Source of the DNA: Chrysomallon squamiferum
Lineage: Eukaryota > Animalia > Mollusca
DNA length: 64,000 nucleotides
Reading direction: 5' to 3'
Assembly: GCA_012295275.1 (NCBI GenBank)
Contig: CM022668.1
Location: forward strand, 15,004,001 to 15,068,000
In this document: positions 1 to 15,425 of the stretch, piece by piece
Numbering within the stretch: the stretch's first letter is position 1
How the letters are laid out: every line of letters starts with the position of its first letter
Position numbers and translations under genes: made by a program
Notes under the pieces: generated by a model
What the model was told of the DNA's origin: nothing
The model's database searches: none
The model's input: only the letters and a program-made list of their open reading frames with translations

Positions 1-412
1 TAATTATTTCTTTTTCATATTTCATACTGGAAAAAGTGAAGTCAGCTCTATATCAGTAGTGGTATATGGCACGTGACTGTGATGACGTCATTGTCAGTAA
101 TGGCAAGGATTCCGTTTAGATGGTCAGAGATACGTTACTGATTATTTTATTTTATTCCATTAACTTCTGTTTTCTTTCCTTTTATTTCTTTTCTTTTTCT
201 GTTCTTTATTTATTTCCTTTTATTTTATTTATTTTATTTCCTCAGCTAAACTGTGATAATAATGCTGCTTCATGCCTGCGTAGAATCTGGTTTTTTTTTT
301 TTTCTTCTTCTTCTTTTTTTTTTTTCCATTTCCATCTCTCCCTTCGGCGCATCAATAAATTCTTTACAAGATAAACTAATCTCTAGAAATCTGGGAATAA
401 AAAGAAAACACA

Positions 413-443
<31 letters not shown>

Positions 444-875
444 GAGCGAGAGAAAAAAGAAAGAAAAGAAAAGTCATTTACAAAAGGAGATTTTTGCCCT
501 AGGAATTCCCGTGACTTAGAAACGACCCAATAGATTTTAGTTTCAGGAAATCCTTTTTTTTTTTTTTTTTACTTTCCAAAACATTTGTGGTTCTTTGAGA
601 ATTTCTGACGTAGTGATTTCCACGTTTATTGTCTGGTAGAAAAGTCCCATTATCGGACATGTAATAAGGTTTTACAAGTCACTGTCAACAGTGAAAGACA
701 TAGAACGATAAAACAGAAATTTCATTTAACCGAATGTTCCCGTCCATTGACATAAGTGTACTGAAGAAGTCGAAGGCAAAGAAGAAGAAGAAGAAGAAGA
801 GAAGACGAAGAAGAAAACGAACAAGAAGTAGAAGAAGAAGACAACGATGATAACGACTTTGTTATGACCTCAGTA

Positions 876-909
<34 letters not shown>

Positions 910-974
910 CTCATTAAATACGATGGTATTATTTTAGATATCTGTACAGTCGTCCCAATATGTACGCTGTAAAA

Positions 975-1300
975 ATACAACTTCAGCAACAACAACAAAA
1001 CTACTGTTACTACTACTATCAAACAAGTATCAAATATCCTGTTACTTCTTCTAGTACGACGACAGCCACTTTGCAACTAGTAACATTACTACTACCATTA
1101 CAACAACAACAACTACTACTATTATTATTGCTACTTACACTAATACTACTACTATTACTACAGCTAGGAGTATTATATTATACTACTTATACTACTATTA
1201 CTACTACGACTACGACTATTAATACTATGATTATACTGCTACTACTGTAACAACAATTGCTGCTATCACTACTGCTAGTTCTAGTACTACTACTTCTTCT
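975..1300. repeat. Degenerate (CTA/CAA/TTA)n trinucleotide tract
   Basis: Direct reading. Source of the poly-L/T/Y pseudo-ORF. Confidence 0.85.
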
Positions 1301-1404
1301 TGTATTAGAACTCACACTAGCTCGTTAAAAAAAAGAAAAAAAAAAAACTAAAACAGAGTGAAAGGTAGATTTATATATTTTTCACTGATCGAGAAGACCA
1401 GTTC

Positions 1405-1510
1405 TGGCGCATGCTTTGTCATTCGCGTAACGAATGCGCGTATCTCAGCGACAATCGAACACGCCCCGTGACGTCATAAACATGGCGGCCGTTGCTGATT
1501 ACCCAGCGAT
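1405..1510. promoter_or_regulatory. Compact CpG-rich motif cluster (KLF/Sp-like, CRE, YY1)
   Basis: CACGCCCC, TGACGTCA (1469) and AAACATGGCGGCC are nearly adjacent within about 35 bp. Confidence 0.4.
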
Positions 1511-1578
1511 TTCTTTGTCGAATAGATGTGATCTGTTTGTGACTAGAATGCACTGCAGTTGTTTCAACTAGTTATTTC

Positions 1579-1697
<119 letters not shown>

Positions 1698-1952
1698 ATT
1701 ATCGTAAATATACGTAACTAAAATAGTATTATTTTTCTGTTAATGTAATTAATTAATGTATATATTTTTTTATCTTCATAATAGTTACGTTTAACTAAAA
1801 ATCGGATCATTAATATACATTATATAAAGATATGCCTTTTGTGATGCTTATAAACCGACAATTGCAACAAGAACAACTACGACGACAACGTTTCAAACCG
1901 AATAGAAAGTAGTACTTAAATATCAAGCTTTTTTTCTTCAATAGAACAACAC

Positions 1953-2007
<55 letters not shown>

Positions 2008-2709
2008 CGTTGGTATTAAAATAAAAATATCCACAAACAGAAGCAATATGAACAGAACAAGACCATTGAGACACATAGAACAACAACAACAACAGCAGCA
2101 AAAGTAAATCATTAAAAATAAAATAAAATAAAATAACGGAAAAAAAAAAATCGTTCGTTTGTTTGTTTTATAGTACATTTTTACTGACCTCAATTTTATG
2201 TTGGCGAAGTTTGAACATTTTGTTTTGGCGTTATAACCAAACCTTCCACGTTAGGCGCCAGAAAAACACAGCATTCACTGGAAGTAATTTGTTTTATATT
2301 TAACATTACACACCGCTTAACTGTTTTTATTCTCTTACAATTAAGTAAACAGGTAATTAAGTTAACGTCGCTCTTGTGTTTTTCTTTATTCTTCTGAATC
2401 TGTTCTTGCAGAAATTTCGATTTTGAATCTGAATCAGGACTAGTAAATAAATGTTGTTTTTTTTTTTTTTTTTTTTTTTTTTTTCCCATTCTAGTTGTTT
2501 TAGTGAGTGTATCATCAAAAAGTGTATTTAAATTTGTTTTACATTAGAATATAATTCAATAATTTGAACTCGAAACAGATCTCATTGTTAACAAACTCAG
2601 ACAATTGTGTGCATGTGTGTGTGTGTGTGCGTGTGCATGTGTGGGTACGCATATGTGTGTCAAAGAGATAACTTTATTGCATCAGAATTATTACAGTAGC
2701 TACTACTAT

Positions 2710-2745
<36 letters not shown>

Positions 2746-2956
2746 AGCTCTATTATTACTGCCACTACAACTACTACAACTACTACTGCTATAACACTGT
2801 TACTACTATTACTACGACTACAACTGCTATCACTATCACAACTACTACTACTATCACAACTATGTTGTCTATTATTCCTTGTATTACTATCTCTACATCA
2901 ATATTATTTTAGTCATTATTCCTTCTAGGGTTAAAAGTATTCCGGCAATCCAGAGA

Positions 2957-2995
<39 letters not shown>

Positions 2996-3824
2996 GATTA
3001 ATGACGATGATGATAATGATAATAATGATGATCATAATAATAATGATCATAATGATCACACAAAAAATGATGATAGTGATAATTAAAATAAACAAATAAA
3101 CAAACAAACAAAATAAAATAAAATACCAAACGCATGCGCAGAGAGACACAGATACGATCTTTACCATCAGAAAAAAACTTAGGGGCAAAAAAACAAAAAC
3201 AACAGCACAAGCTTTAATTCCATCTGGGTTTTTTTTTTTACAAAATCAGTGTGATTACGTCTACATAAGTAACCGAATGAGTCGTTACAACAGTGACATT
3301 ACGTCTTCGAAATGATCCAGTATTTACTCAATTGAGTTTTATAAAGACGTTCTCTCGCAGATAATTATTACTTCACAGACTGAGTAAGCGTCAATAACAA
3401 GAGTAATAAGCAGTTTAGAAGGGGCAAAAAAATGCAAGAGAAAATTATAGACATTTCTTGCGTAAGAAATAAAGACAAAAAAAAAAGGAAGGGAAGGGAT
3501 AGAAAGAAGAAATGAAATAAAGTTTAGAAAGAAACGAAGAAAAAGCTGTAGACGGAAATAAAATTTAAAATGGACAGAAAAGAAATGGAGTGGGAGATAA
3601 ATCAAAATAAAAGAAACTGTAAGATAAGAAAGGAAAAGAAAGAAAGATAAAAATTTTAAAATAAAGAAATAAAGAAAGAAAGAAAAGAAAGAAAGAAAGA
3701 AAGAAAGAGGACGACTCCATAAAAGAGAAAATATTGAAAATAAAGAAATTAATTAATTAAAATAAAATAAAATAAAAAAACAGTATAAGTAGCAGTTAAG
3801 GAAAGAAAACAAAGACAAAAGGAA

Positions 3825-3862
<38 letters not shown>

Positions 3863-4719
3863 AAACGAAAAAAAATTATTAAAAGCTACATAAAACTTCT
3901 TCTTCTTCTTCTTTTCTTCTTAAATTTAGACAAAAAGAAAGAAAGAAAGAAAGAAAAAAAAAAGTCTTACGTAATTTTCTAGATTTCTGTTATTTTCGCA
4001 CAGCAAGTACACGCACGTAACTATCAAACCGCATTTAAACAGTCGAAAACGCGAAATAAACCGCAATTAGGAACTGAACGATAATAGGTCATCCTGGCGT
4101 GCAGAGTGGGCATACATCAAACACCCTAAGATATCGTTTACTTCCCCAGTGGCAGATCTTCGTATACAGAGGAGTTGCTTTTCATTAAATACGTAAATAA
4201 ACACGTAACAATGTGACGCAGGGAGATAACCCATGCAACAAACAAATCTTGACTTTTCAGCTTTTTCTCCCCCCCCCGTACGAAAATACTTTTTTTTTCG
4301 TCGTAGACTGGTAATTATATTAGACGATCAAATAGACTGGTTTCCTGTCATCGGCTGCGCTGATTTATTTCTCTGCAGGAACAATATTTTACTTGGCGTC
4401 TGCTTCGTTTGGACAATGACTTGTATAAATCTTCGCGGGTTCGGACGAGCTTCAATTAGAGTTATCTTCCGTGATAATTCCGCGTGCAGCCTCGCTCTCC
4501 TGCAGCGAATACAAATTGGACGAAACGCGTCCGCCGGTTTTCGTTGAAGAAATAACAGCGACGTTGGGTGATAACTAATATAGATTGGGGCTCGTTGTCA
4601 ATCAGCCATTCATTCGCTTGGAACGTGCCTGTGCGCGTGCAGTGATGCCTGTCTAGGACCTGTCTGGACTGCTGTATTAAGAAATAAAAGTGAAGTCGCA
4701 TTATGATAAGATCCGCTGT

Positions 4720-4750
<31 letters not shown>

Positions 4751-6846
4751 CAAGGGATAAAAATCTTTTGACTGTTTCAGCTGTGCCTTCTTACATGCAC
4801 TAAACGTCCAGATACTTTCTGTACTGGATATGCTATTTCAGTTGGTTTTAAGAAAGGACAATATGATGAAAAGAAAAACGGTACTAGATTTTAATTTTGA
4901 AAATTTGAATTAATGTAGACGTACATTCATATATACAGATATGCATTCATACATACATACGTATATACATACATAAATTCATTCATACACACAGACAGAC
5001 ACACACACATACATATATATTATATATATATTTATACACATACACAGATACATACATTCGTACATGCACACATAAATTCATGCATGCATGCACAATGAGA
5101 AAGAAAGACAGAAATAAAAATAAATTAATAAGAACAAATAAAATTGACAAAATGAAAGTAATAAAAAAGTAAATTAAAAAAAAAAAATCAAATTTAAATG
5201 TACAAATAAAACACAGAAACGAAATGAAGAAATAGAAAAAAATAAAACATAGGAAATAAAATAAAAGAACATTAAATAAAAAAGAATGCAAATTAAAAAT
5301 TAACGCGAAAGAAAAAACAAACAATATAACGCTGTATATAACAGACGTATCTAACATTTAGATTCTGATAACGTCTGCACTTCTAACCAATCGTTAACTT
5401 CACACGTGTCTTTTAAAGGCCAATCTTCACAAAGCACAATTTATTAACTGTCTTTTCGCAGCCAAATTTTAATTCGACAGTACTTCTTTCTTCTCCTATG
5501 ACGTCATAACACGAGTCGACCCCACTTTGATGTCGACACGGCGATTAACGATGTTATCCGAAGCAGTCATCGTTTAAGTCTGCGCTAACGAAGACAACAC
5601 AAGTAAGCTTCTCCCTCTCAGTAAATAAATAAATAAGAGCGAAGAGGGGGGGAAAATAAAAAAAAAAAAGAAGAAGGAAAATAACGAAGCAGAAAGAAAA
5701 ATGGCCTCTTATTCGGCCCAAGAGCCTCTCGCGGAAGGAATTTTATGTTGCACGTCGTAAAGAAAAGACCTTATTTTATGGACTATTTTTATTGACGGCA
5801 AGAACACAAATTCGTGACTCGGTCTGCGGTTTGAAATAAAACAGAAAAGATTGACAGTAAAATAAGGGAAGTTAATTATATTTATCTCGACGTGATAAGC
5901 TTTTTAGCAAATTGTCTCTGACATCGACGGACATAATGCGGAATACACAGGTTTTTCCTGGTTTATGAGATTTTTCCGCTTGAGAAGCGGTAGCCGGAAA
6001 AAAAAAAAAAAAAAAAATGTCAAGCTTGGATGAAAAATAAACACATTTCCGTTCTTTTTTTCTTCTTATTATTTTTTTTTTTTTTTTTTTTTCCTTCTTT
6101 GATTCTGTCTTTCTTTAGAATTTCCATTATTTGTTTCAATTATATATTATTCTCAAAATATATATATATATTCCTTAATAATAATAGAAAGTTTTATAGT
6201 TTGATAACTTTCGATATATTGGTAATATAAACGGTCTTTCTTTCTCTTATTTTCTCATAGTCTGTCTCCCCTCTCTGTCCTGCTCCCCCCCACTTTTCTG
6301 TTCTTTTCTCCCACCCGCATACGCACAAACACGCACTTCACACACACACACACACACATACACACATGCGCGCGTGCACACACACACACACACACAAACA
6401 CAGAAACATCATTTTTTTATTATTTTCCCGTTAATTTTGATAAAAGTCGGCGCCAAATATAATATTCTACTTGCAGGAAATATTTCAACGCATCAAAGTT
6501 GACATTTTAACCTACTGAACTTATTTAATTATTATTATTTTAATTTATTTTTAAAATATATTGCTTTCAGGTCTTATTCTGACATTGTACAGATATTCAT
6601 ATGACGTAATGTAATTCGTTATATTTATGCGATTTACTCAATAACATCAAAACACGGGTTTAAAGCTAGGTCAAAAGTCCATTCCTAAAGTTTATAACAG
6701 TTGAATGAAATTGTTCGGCACATTTCGCTTGTTTTCGTCAATCATCGGCTTCCTAGAAAGCGTGAACAAAATCGAATCGCTTGTTATCGTGTCAGCAGAC
6801 GTGAATAGAAATGAAATATCTGTAATAATAATAATAATAATAATAA

Positions 6847-6877
<31 letters not shown>

Positions 6878-8182
6878 AAGAAGAAGAAGAAGAAGAAGAA
6901 TTAATAAAGAAAGGAAAAAGTGAAATATTTTTCCAAAAATTTTTTTCACAAATTAATGGATGAACGAACGAACAAATGAATTAATGATTGAATAAATATT
7001 GATATTTAAAAAAAGTATTAACAATATCGCAAAGCATCATGGTCCTGAAATGTACTATTGTCTATTTTAACCACGACATTTGGAAATAGATAGTCATTCT
7101 TTATGAGATTGTCCTGATTTCCAATCTGGTCTTACATTCTTCGTCCTAATTGGAAATCCGGATAGTGAAACAGGACCCCGATAGCAATTAGTTTATCGGT
7201 TGGACCAGAATGAAATTAAATACTGTCGTTTGATGAAGACGATTCTGTGAATCACATTCATTTGAACGTGTAAAATAATGACTGCACTAGTAACATTAAT
7301 AATAGTAGCAGTAATGATAATTGTGCAGTATTGCTTGTAGTAGTAGTGGCAGCAATAGTTCCAGTAGTTGAAGTCGTAGTAGTTGATGGAGGAGAAGTAG
7401 ATAAGATCGTTTTAATAATCGAAATAGTAACAGAAGTAATAATTAGTGTTTTTTTGCAGTAGTACTACTAACGGCGTAGCAATTGTTGTAGTTAAAGTAG
7501 TAGTAGAAGTAGTATACAGTAGTAGTAATAGCTATAGTAGTAATAGTAGTAGTAACAGTAATAGTAGTAGTAGTTGTTAAAGTAGTAATAGACTTTATTA
7601 TCAAAAACATAATCAACAGAAAAGGATAAAAAAAAAAAAAATTTCAAAAGCAACGCCAACAACAAAATCATCACCAATTATTATTATTGTTAATCTTTTA
7701 CTTTAAACTTATATTCCTCTCCATTTTTTGTTCTTTATCTCTTTTTTTTTTTTTTTTTTCCTCCTGCTTTTCCCTAACGTTCGTCTCCATCTTGTTTTAC
7801 TTAGTAAATTCCACCATTTTTGTTGGCGCACCATTATCTGAGTCCTTATTGATCGGAAATTTCGGTTTCCATTTCAGACAGGTTATAAATGTGGCTCCCA
7901 AAATAATTTCCGTGTTTTTCAAGGCCCCGCTGGGAGACCAGAGATGTGGTGTAGATTGTGAAAGCCAGCACAATGTTTATACACACGAAACTAAAACAAA
8001 ACAGACTGATATCCCTTATCTGTCCGCGTCCTGTGTCTGTTCGTATGTGTATCAGTCAAATGTTGTTTTCATAACATTTTAGTATTTGTTTGTTTTCTTT
8101 GTTTTATTTCACTGTAAGGGTTCTTGTTTATTTTCTTCGTTTTATTATTTTATTTTTATATCTATCTAAATATATATTTCAG

Positions 8183-8215
<33 letters not shown>

Positions 8216-9197
8216 CTTTTTCATTCTCTTTTGTTCGTTTCTTTGCTTCTTCTTTATTTCTTTATTTCGTCTTATCTTCCTTTCTCTCTTTCATTTTTTA
8301 TAGTATTTTTCTATTTTTTCTTATCTTCTTTCCATTTCTCTTTCAGTTGTTTTACTTGTTGTTTTTGTTTTGAATGCGTATAATGTGATGTAAACTTCTA
8401 TTGTTAAACACGCTTATACGCAAATTCACGTACACACGTCTACACGCATATACACACACACGCAAACACACTCAGTCCCCCCCACTCCAAACATGTACAC
8501 ACACCTTCATTATTAACACACATAAAAAATTGCCACGCGTGGGCTTAAATTGTTACTATTTATAACATCGCTGGCGCGCGCTTTGAAAAAACAAACAAAA
8601 AACAGCCAATCATCTGTCTTGTTACATGTCATCCAATCAGCGCTCGAAATGAAGACGTGTGTGTTGTGTGTGTACGAAAGACGCGCCAACCCGTCAGATT
8701 AACCAGACGACATTTGCGGTGATCCAGCGTTTAATACATTTATTAATAAATTAAGTTCGGAGCTCTGCAAATGATTTTTTCTTTTTTCTCTCTTTCTCTT
8801 TCTCTCTCTCTTATTAGATTTCTTGTAAAGCGAACCTTCATCAAATATGTCTCTCTCGGGCCCGGCTTTACAGTCAAAGTTTCTGACACGTGACCCTTCT
8901 GTTCTGGACACGACGCTGTCTTGTCCAGACTGACCTTTCAGCGAGAAAGGCGACAAAGAGAACAAAGCGATATTGAATCAGTTTCATGATAGATCTTCAG
9001 AATAAGAAAATGAACAAGAACAGACAGACAGACAGTCAGAGATAGAGACGGAGAGAGTACGGAGAGGTTTATTGAAAGAGAAAGAAAAGATGAAATGAAG
9101 GTAGGGAGAAGACGAAAAAGAGAGAAGAATAAATAAACAAAAGAAGAAATACTTTAATATACTTCATAAAATTGACAAACTTGAGAGAACAAACGGA

Positions 9198-9229
<32 letters not shown>

Positions 9230-10114
9230 GAAGAAGAAGAAGAAGAAGAAGATAAAAGAAAGGAACAAAGTTATTAAAACCACGTCAGTCAGTCTATCTA
9301 TTTTTTCTTAATTCATCCATTGTTTATTCATGTTTATCTTTTCTTTTTTCCTTCCTTTTTTTCCCCCTGTCTATTATTGGTTGTTCGTCATATATCTTAC
9401 TTCTAAGAGAATAAAACTTTCTTTGTTTTCTTTCATTCTTTTTATATTATTTTTCTTTTCATATATTGTTTTTATTACTATTTTTTTATTTCCTGTCTTG
9501 GCTTTGGTTTTTGAACCCATTTTCGTTTATCAGCAACAATCTAGTTCTAAAGTGGTGAATTCCGCCAGTGCGGTGCCTGAAACGCAATATGAATTATAGC
9601 TCTAACGAAACAAGATATTTAATTCATCTTCTTCTTCTTCTTTTTTTTTTCTTCACAATTTCTTTTACTGTTGCACGTAAACAGAAACATTTCTTATGTG
9701 CCATAAACACAGAACAGAACAAAGTTTGTTTGTACGACTTTTAATAACACGCAATAAATCATACTGTAAATAATTTCTTACAATGTCCATGCCCCTTTCA
9801 TTGGCAGAGTGCGATTTCAGCGTTGCTCCTTTTGTCCGAGGTGCAAATCTGTTTATGTGTAATTACTGGCGAAGACAAAAGACTGGTCCCGTGAATGTCG
9901 AAGCGTCGAGGTGTTCGTTAAAATAAAACTGATTGTGACTCGCGTGTGAGTGCTGATAGAATTACAGATGTTTCTGTGTTAGGATTAGGAGAGTCTGCAA
10001 AGTACGGTCAAATGTACAGGCTTTTCAGAACTTGTCGTACAGTGCTAGGATGCATTTTGGCAGAATGGTAACATGTAAACTGTATATTGGTTATACTGTT
10101 TTCGAAAGATAGGG

Positions 10115-10389
10115 GAGAGAGAGAGAGAGTGTGTGTTGAGTTGTGTATGTGTATGTGTATGTGTATGAGATGTGTATGTGTAGAGAGTGAGAGAGAGAGA
10201 GAGAGTATGTGTATGAGTGTGAGAGTGTTGTGTATGTGTATATGTGTGTTGTGTGTGTATCTGTTTGTGTTGTGTGTGCATGTGTTTGTGTATGTGTGTG
10301 TGTGTATGTGTGTGTGTGTATGAGAGAGAGAGAGAAAAAGAGAGAGAAAAACGTACATAAATTCACACGTGTACACGCAAAGGCAAACA

Positions 10390-10459
<70 letters not shown>

Positions 10460-10544
10460 GTAAGAAAATAGAAAACGCCAGAAAAATGCAGAGTCTCGAA
10501 CAAAAAATTAAAATATAATAATAATAATAATAATTAACAACAAC

Positions 10545-10590
<46 letters not shown>
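10115..10590. repeat. Compound (GA)/(TG)/(CA)/(TA)/(AAT) microsatellite block
   Basis: Direct reading. Confidence 0.9.
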
Positions 10591-10594
<4 letters not shown>

Positions 10595-10922
10595 CAATTA
10601 CATCAATAACGATGATTATACTACTGCTACCGGTTTTAACTCTGTTGTATAATACTTAATCGTACGAAGCATTTACGGAACCTGTCGTGTTTGGACGTCG
10701 GAACTAACTCGTCGTTATTACGTCATCTAACAATCGAATGACGTCACGTCATTATGTATGTTCAGACGACACCAAGAGTCAGCTAAGAGTTGTAATTTAG
10801 AGGTATGATTTCACTGTGTCTCTCATTAATTTGGTTATGCAACACGGAGATTAAGTTCAGATAGGTGAAGATGAGAAACTAATTAATATTCAAGTATATC
10901 GTTGAAACATTCAGTTTGATTG

Positions 10923-11020
<98 letters not shown>

Positions 11021-12244
11021 TGCAGCAGTAACAGCAGCAGCATTGACGTTGATATGATGGTACTATTGTTTGTTTGTTTAATTAATTATAGTTTTATTCC
11101 GACTTATTACATCATTTCCGCATACATTTATCTTAACGCTGTGCAAGTATATTTGTGTATGTATATATGCATATTGTTTGACCCTCAAAAAATACTACAC
11201 TTGAGACTCAGAAATAACTACATACACTCTAAAAATATTTACGGGTTACTCTCTTCGGTTTACACACATGAACGTACAGTTAGTTATTCCTCGTTCAGCT
11301 GTATGTAGACAAACACAAATTAACATATATACAAACTAACGACACTTTCTTTATTCAAGCCCCCGAAATCAGACAGACTCGATTAGCGGATATTTCAGTC
11401 GACATCAAAACAGCATCCCGCGTCTGACATTTATTACTCAGCTCCAAAAGTCTCTCACCCCCCAAGGAATTGTCGCTTTATTAAACATCGCCTTTCGACT
11501 CAAAAGCAAATCTTCCGTTCCCATTAGCAACATCTGCTGCTACACTGACCGTTTCCAGCGGTTAACGCGACTTATCGTCGACCTAGCGAGATCTCGGCTG
11601 ACATCGCCTGACCTCCGCGAGATTTGATACCCGCGCTTTAAGTCACGTGACATGTCCCAAAACGTCAGGGGGTCGACGACCCCAATCATTCGTTTCGCTA
11701 AAACGTAGACAGAATTCCATAATTTTTTCGAAGAAGGAGATATAGGGGCGAAATTTGATTACTGTGCTCGGTAATTTGGTTGTGTACTTGTATACGAGAA
11801 AAAAAAAAAAGAAACAGAAAATGTCAGATAGTTGTTGCACGTGATGTGGGTTGTTCTGTTTTTACGATTTAAAGTACCCGCTGCTTATTACAGTCGTCTG
11901 AGATATAAAAATAAAAGAGGGTTCTGAAAAATGAGTCCGTTGAAGTAAAAGCCAGCATGATGCTCATTATTTGTGACTTATCTTTAACAGACAGTGCAAA
12001 ATGGCGTTATTATATTTATCAAAAATATTCTCGCTTCACTTCAGTAATCCGACCACGTTTGAGAGTTCGTGGAACGAATTACATAAGTTATTTCTTTAAT
12101 TATTATAACATTTCCCAAATTTGATTTACTTTTTTTTTTCTTTTGTACTTTTTACGTTATTCCTGTCTATCTGCGTTATTGTTTTTGATTTTCCTTCTCT
12201 CCAAAAGTTTAATTTGATTTCGATTTTCTGTTTTTTATGCTTTA

Positions 12245-12248
<4 letters not shown>

Positions 12249-12317
<69 letters not shown>
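12249..12317. repeat. (CT)n microsatellite
   Basis: Direct reading. Confidence 0.95.
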
Positions 12318-12321
<4 letters not shown>

Positions 12322-13300
12322 CTCCCACACTCCCTCCCCCTTTTTTCTTTCTCTCCAATTTTTATATCTCACTGTATCTTTCTACAATTAATCTTTCTTT
12401 TTGTAAATCTGTCTTTGTCTATGTTATCGATAATTTTTCTCCTTTCCTCTGTCTATCTTTCATTTACGCCATCCCTTTATATCGCTCTTTGTTTTCTACT
12501 GAATTTCACATTTAATCTCTCTTCTTTTCACCCCAGCGCCTCTCTCAATAATAAATATTCTGTCTGTCCGTTATCACATAAAACACCATTTTACGATTCA
12601 CATAAATTTAATCTCTATGACGTCATAAAAGTTGTCGTCACAAAGTCTGTCCTGCGTTTCGGGAAGCTGCCAACGAACTGTTGCCTTGGATACAAGTAAT
12701 CTTCTGTTTATTTCCTTTTCTTATCTGCGAATTCAGTACTTTGGGTTGACTATCACATACAACATTCTGTCTTATCTGCCTTATCGTTATTAACACGTTT
12801 CTTTACTATAAGTAGCGGCTACTTTTGATGATAAACGAACACAGAGGTTTTATTGTATATACGAGTTTGAGAAAATGGAAAAAAAAGCCCAAAACACAGT
12901 GTACAATGAAGAAGATACAAGATGATATAATTTTTTGGTTTCATGTCTCGGTGATTTCAGTATTAGGATGATTACAAATGTCACTGAAACATCATAATTA
13001 TCTTAATCATAAACATCATCATTATTATCATCATCATCGTTATCATGATCGTCATTATTATCATTATCACTATTATCATCATTACCGTCTACAAGTTCAT
13101 CATCATAACTATCAAAATAATTATAATCATACTACTGTTCTTGATAATGATGATGGTAGTACTATTTGTTGTTGTTAATGTAGTTGTTGTTGTGCCTACA
13201 GTAGTAGTTCTGATGAATTATCACGTCGTTTACACGTGCAGAATTATAGTAGTAACGATCACAGCGACTGAAACATAGTAATTGTAGTAGTAGTAGTACC

Positions 13301-13332
<32 letters not shown>

Positions 13333-13824
13333 ATATAGTAGTGGTAGTAGTAGTAGTTATAGTAGTGGTAGTAGTTGTTATTGTTCCCACAGTAGGATTG
13401 GAAGTATTTCTGTATTAATATTGCTATTGATGATAAATTTGGTAATAATGAGTTTAAGAATTATTTCGTTACCATAACCCATTATGACAACAGCTATTTA
13501 TCAAATATATCAACTTGTTAATAATAACAATAACGAACTGTTAATTACAATGATGGCGTTCTTGATGATGATAATAATACAAAATAACCAATAACCCCAA
13601 TTTGACTTTGCATTAAGGAGACGTTGACAAAGATGTCGAAGCTGACACTGACATCTACAACGACGCCAACAACAACAACTCAACACTGCAACATTAAAAA
13701 AAAAAAAAAATCATAAAAAATGTTTAACAAGTTAAAAAAATACACCAAAATTTAAAAAAAAAAAAAAAAAAAATAAAAAATAAATGACTGTGTTACGGTT
13801 ATACAAACAGACGTCTGTACATAT

Positions 13825-13862
<38 letters not shown>

Positions 13863-14380
13863 ACTACTACATGTTTGTAAATATTGCTCAACCTGACCTC
13901 TAGCTTTGCCAAATAAGCAATTACAACACAGGACGAGTTGGATAAGAAATTAGGAATCCATTTATTTCACACGTCATCGCGCAGACTGCTCGCGCTCTTA
14001 CTCTCTCTCTCTCTGACTTTCAGAACGTCTGCAACGAGGCCCCGGTGTGTAATAACATAAATAAATTTCAATGAAAGCGCAATATTCCGTCGCTGATTAA
14101 TAAGATTGGCCTTTTGGAAAGTATGCTCTCGTCGTAAAAATGGACGACCCTCAATTGCCTTGCTAATGATCAAAACGACCCGGATGAACTATGGACGCTG
14201 ACAACATTAACAAATATATAAGAATGCATCAGTCGCTGATAGCATTAACAAAAATAGACGAATAAAATTTGGGATGCACGCAGCATCGACAAAAAATGTA
14301 TTAATTGATTTGGGAGTTTTACGTCATTAACTAATATACAAGTATAAATTCAAATACGCTTATGACGTTAAAAATATGAA

Positions 14381-14485
<105 letters not shown>

Positions 14486-14784
14486 CGCTCGCTCTACAAA
14501 AATACACAAATGACAAGGTTAACTAAGAAATAGATATCACAGATAAAGATTTACTTTCACAGTCATCTACTTTTAGTTTTATTAGTTACATATATAAGGA
14601 TCTTTATTAACTAGAGTTCACCTAATCTACATTTGTATATGACGTCTACTATAATTTCGTTTATAATAATAACAACTGAGTTTACGCGCCTTTAGTAATA
14701 ACAGCACATTCAACCTATTATTGTTAAATACGTCAAATAAGCGATGACATTTTACATATGTTATCGTGTTACAGTTAAAGGGAA

Positions 14785-15425
14785 CTTTTGTATATATCGT
14801 TAATAAAGGTCAAATTGTGTGAAGAATCCTTAAAAAGTTAATTGTGAAGATAGTTAATAAATTTATAACATGTCCTTATCAATATCTGTCATAAATACAA
14901 AAATGTTCAAACCTTATGAAAATATTTTTTTCAGATAGTCCGTAAAATTCATACCCTATTTCACGCTTTTGTCAATAACTATAGCAAATGCAGTTTGATA
15001 TTATAACTTAAAAGAAATGATTATACATATCGTTGATGAAACTAAAACAGTGTGTACAACCTTAAGAAAAAGAGACTAAACTTCCTAAAAGTCGTATCCT
15101 CTCTGGATGCCTTTATAAGTAACTAAAAAAGCACTAAGTTAAACTTAAGTATTTATTGTTAATAAAAATAGCAGTTTGCACAAAACCTTAACAAAAATCA
15201 TTTTAAATATATTTGATAAAAAGCCGTTCTGTGTATACCTGTCTTTATCAATAACTACGAAAAATACCGCAAAAATTTAACTGAAAGTTAAATGTCTATA
15301 CATCGTTAATCAAAGTAACACCGTGTGTACTAACCTTAAGAAAACAAAACCCCAACAAATTCTGCAGATCGTTCATAAAAGTCGTTCTGTGTGTACTTGC
15401 CTTAATCAGTAACTGCAGCAAACAA
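14785..15425. repeat. Degenerate ~130-145-bp tandem repeat (4-5 units)
   Basis: Two blocks alternate. ATCGTTAAT...GTGTGTAC.AACCTTAAGAAAA occurs near 14796, 15029, 15156 and 15302. AAAAGTCGTTCTGTGT...CTTTATCAATAACT occurs near 14942, 15087, 15218 and 15377. Confidence 0.65.

Noticed and set aside
691-707. TGAAAGACAT resembling the start of miR-71
   Set aside because: The match stops after 10 nt and no hairpin partner is apparent.
4233-4701. 104-aa and 79-aa ORFs in a CpG-rich patch, with an acceptor-like ctctgcag at 4378
   Set aside because: No recognisable protein similarity and no convincing donor. More likely regulatory non-coding DNA.
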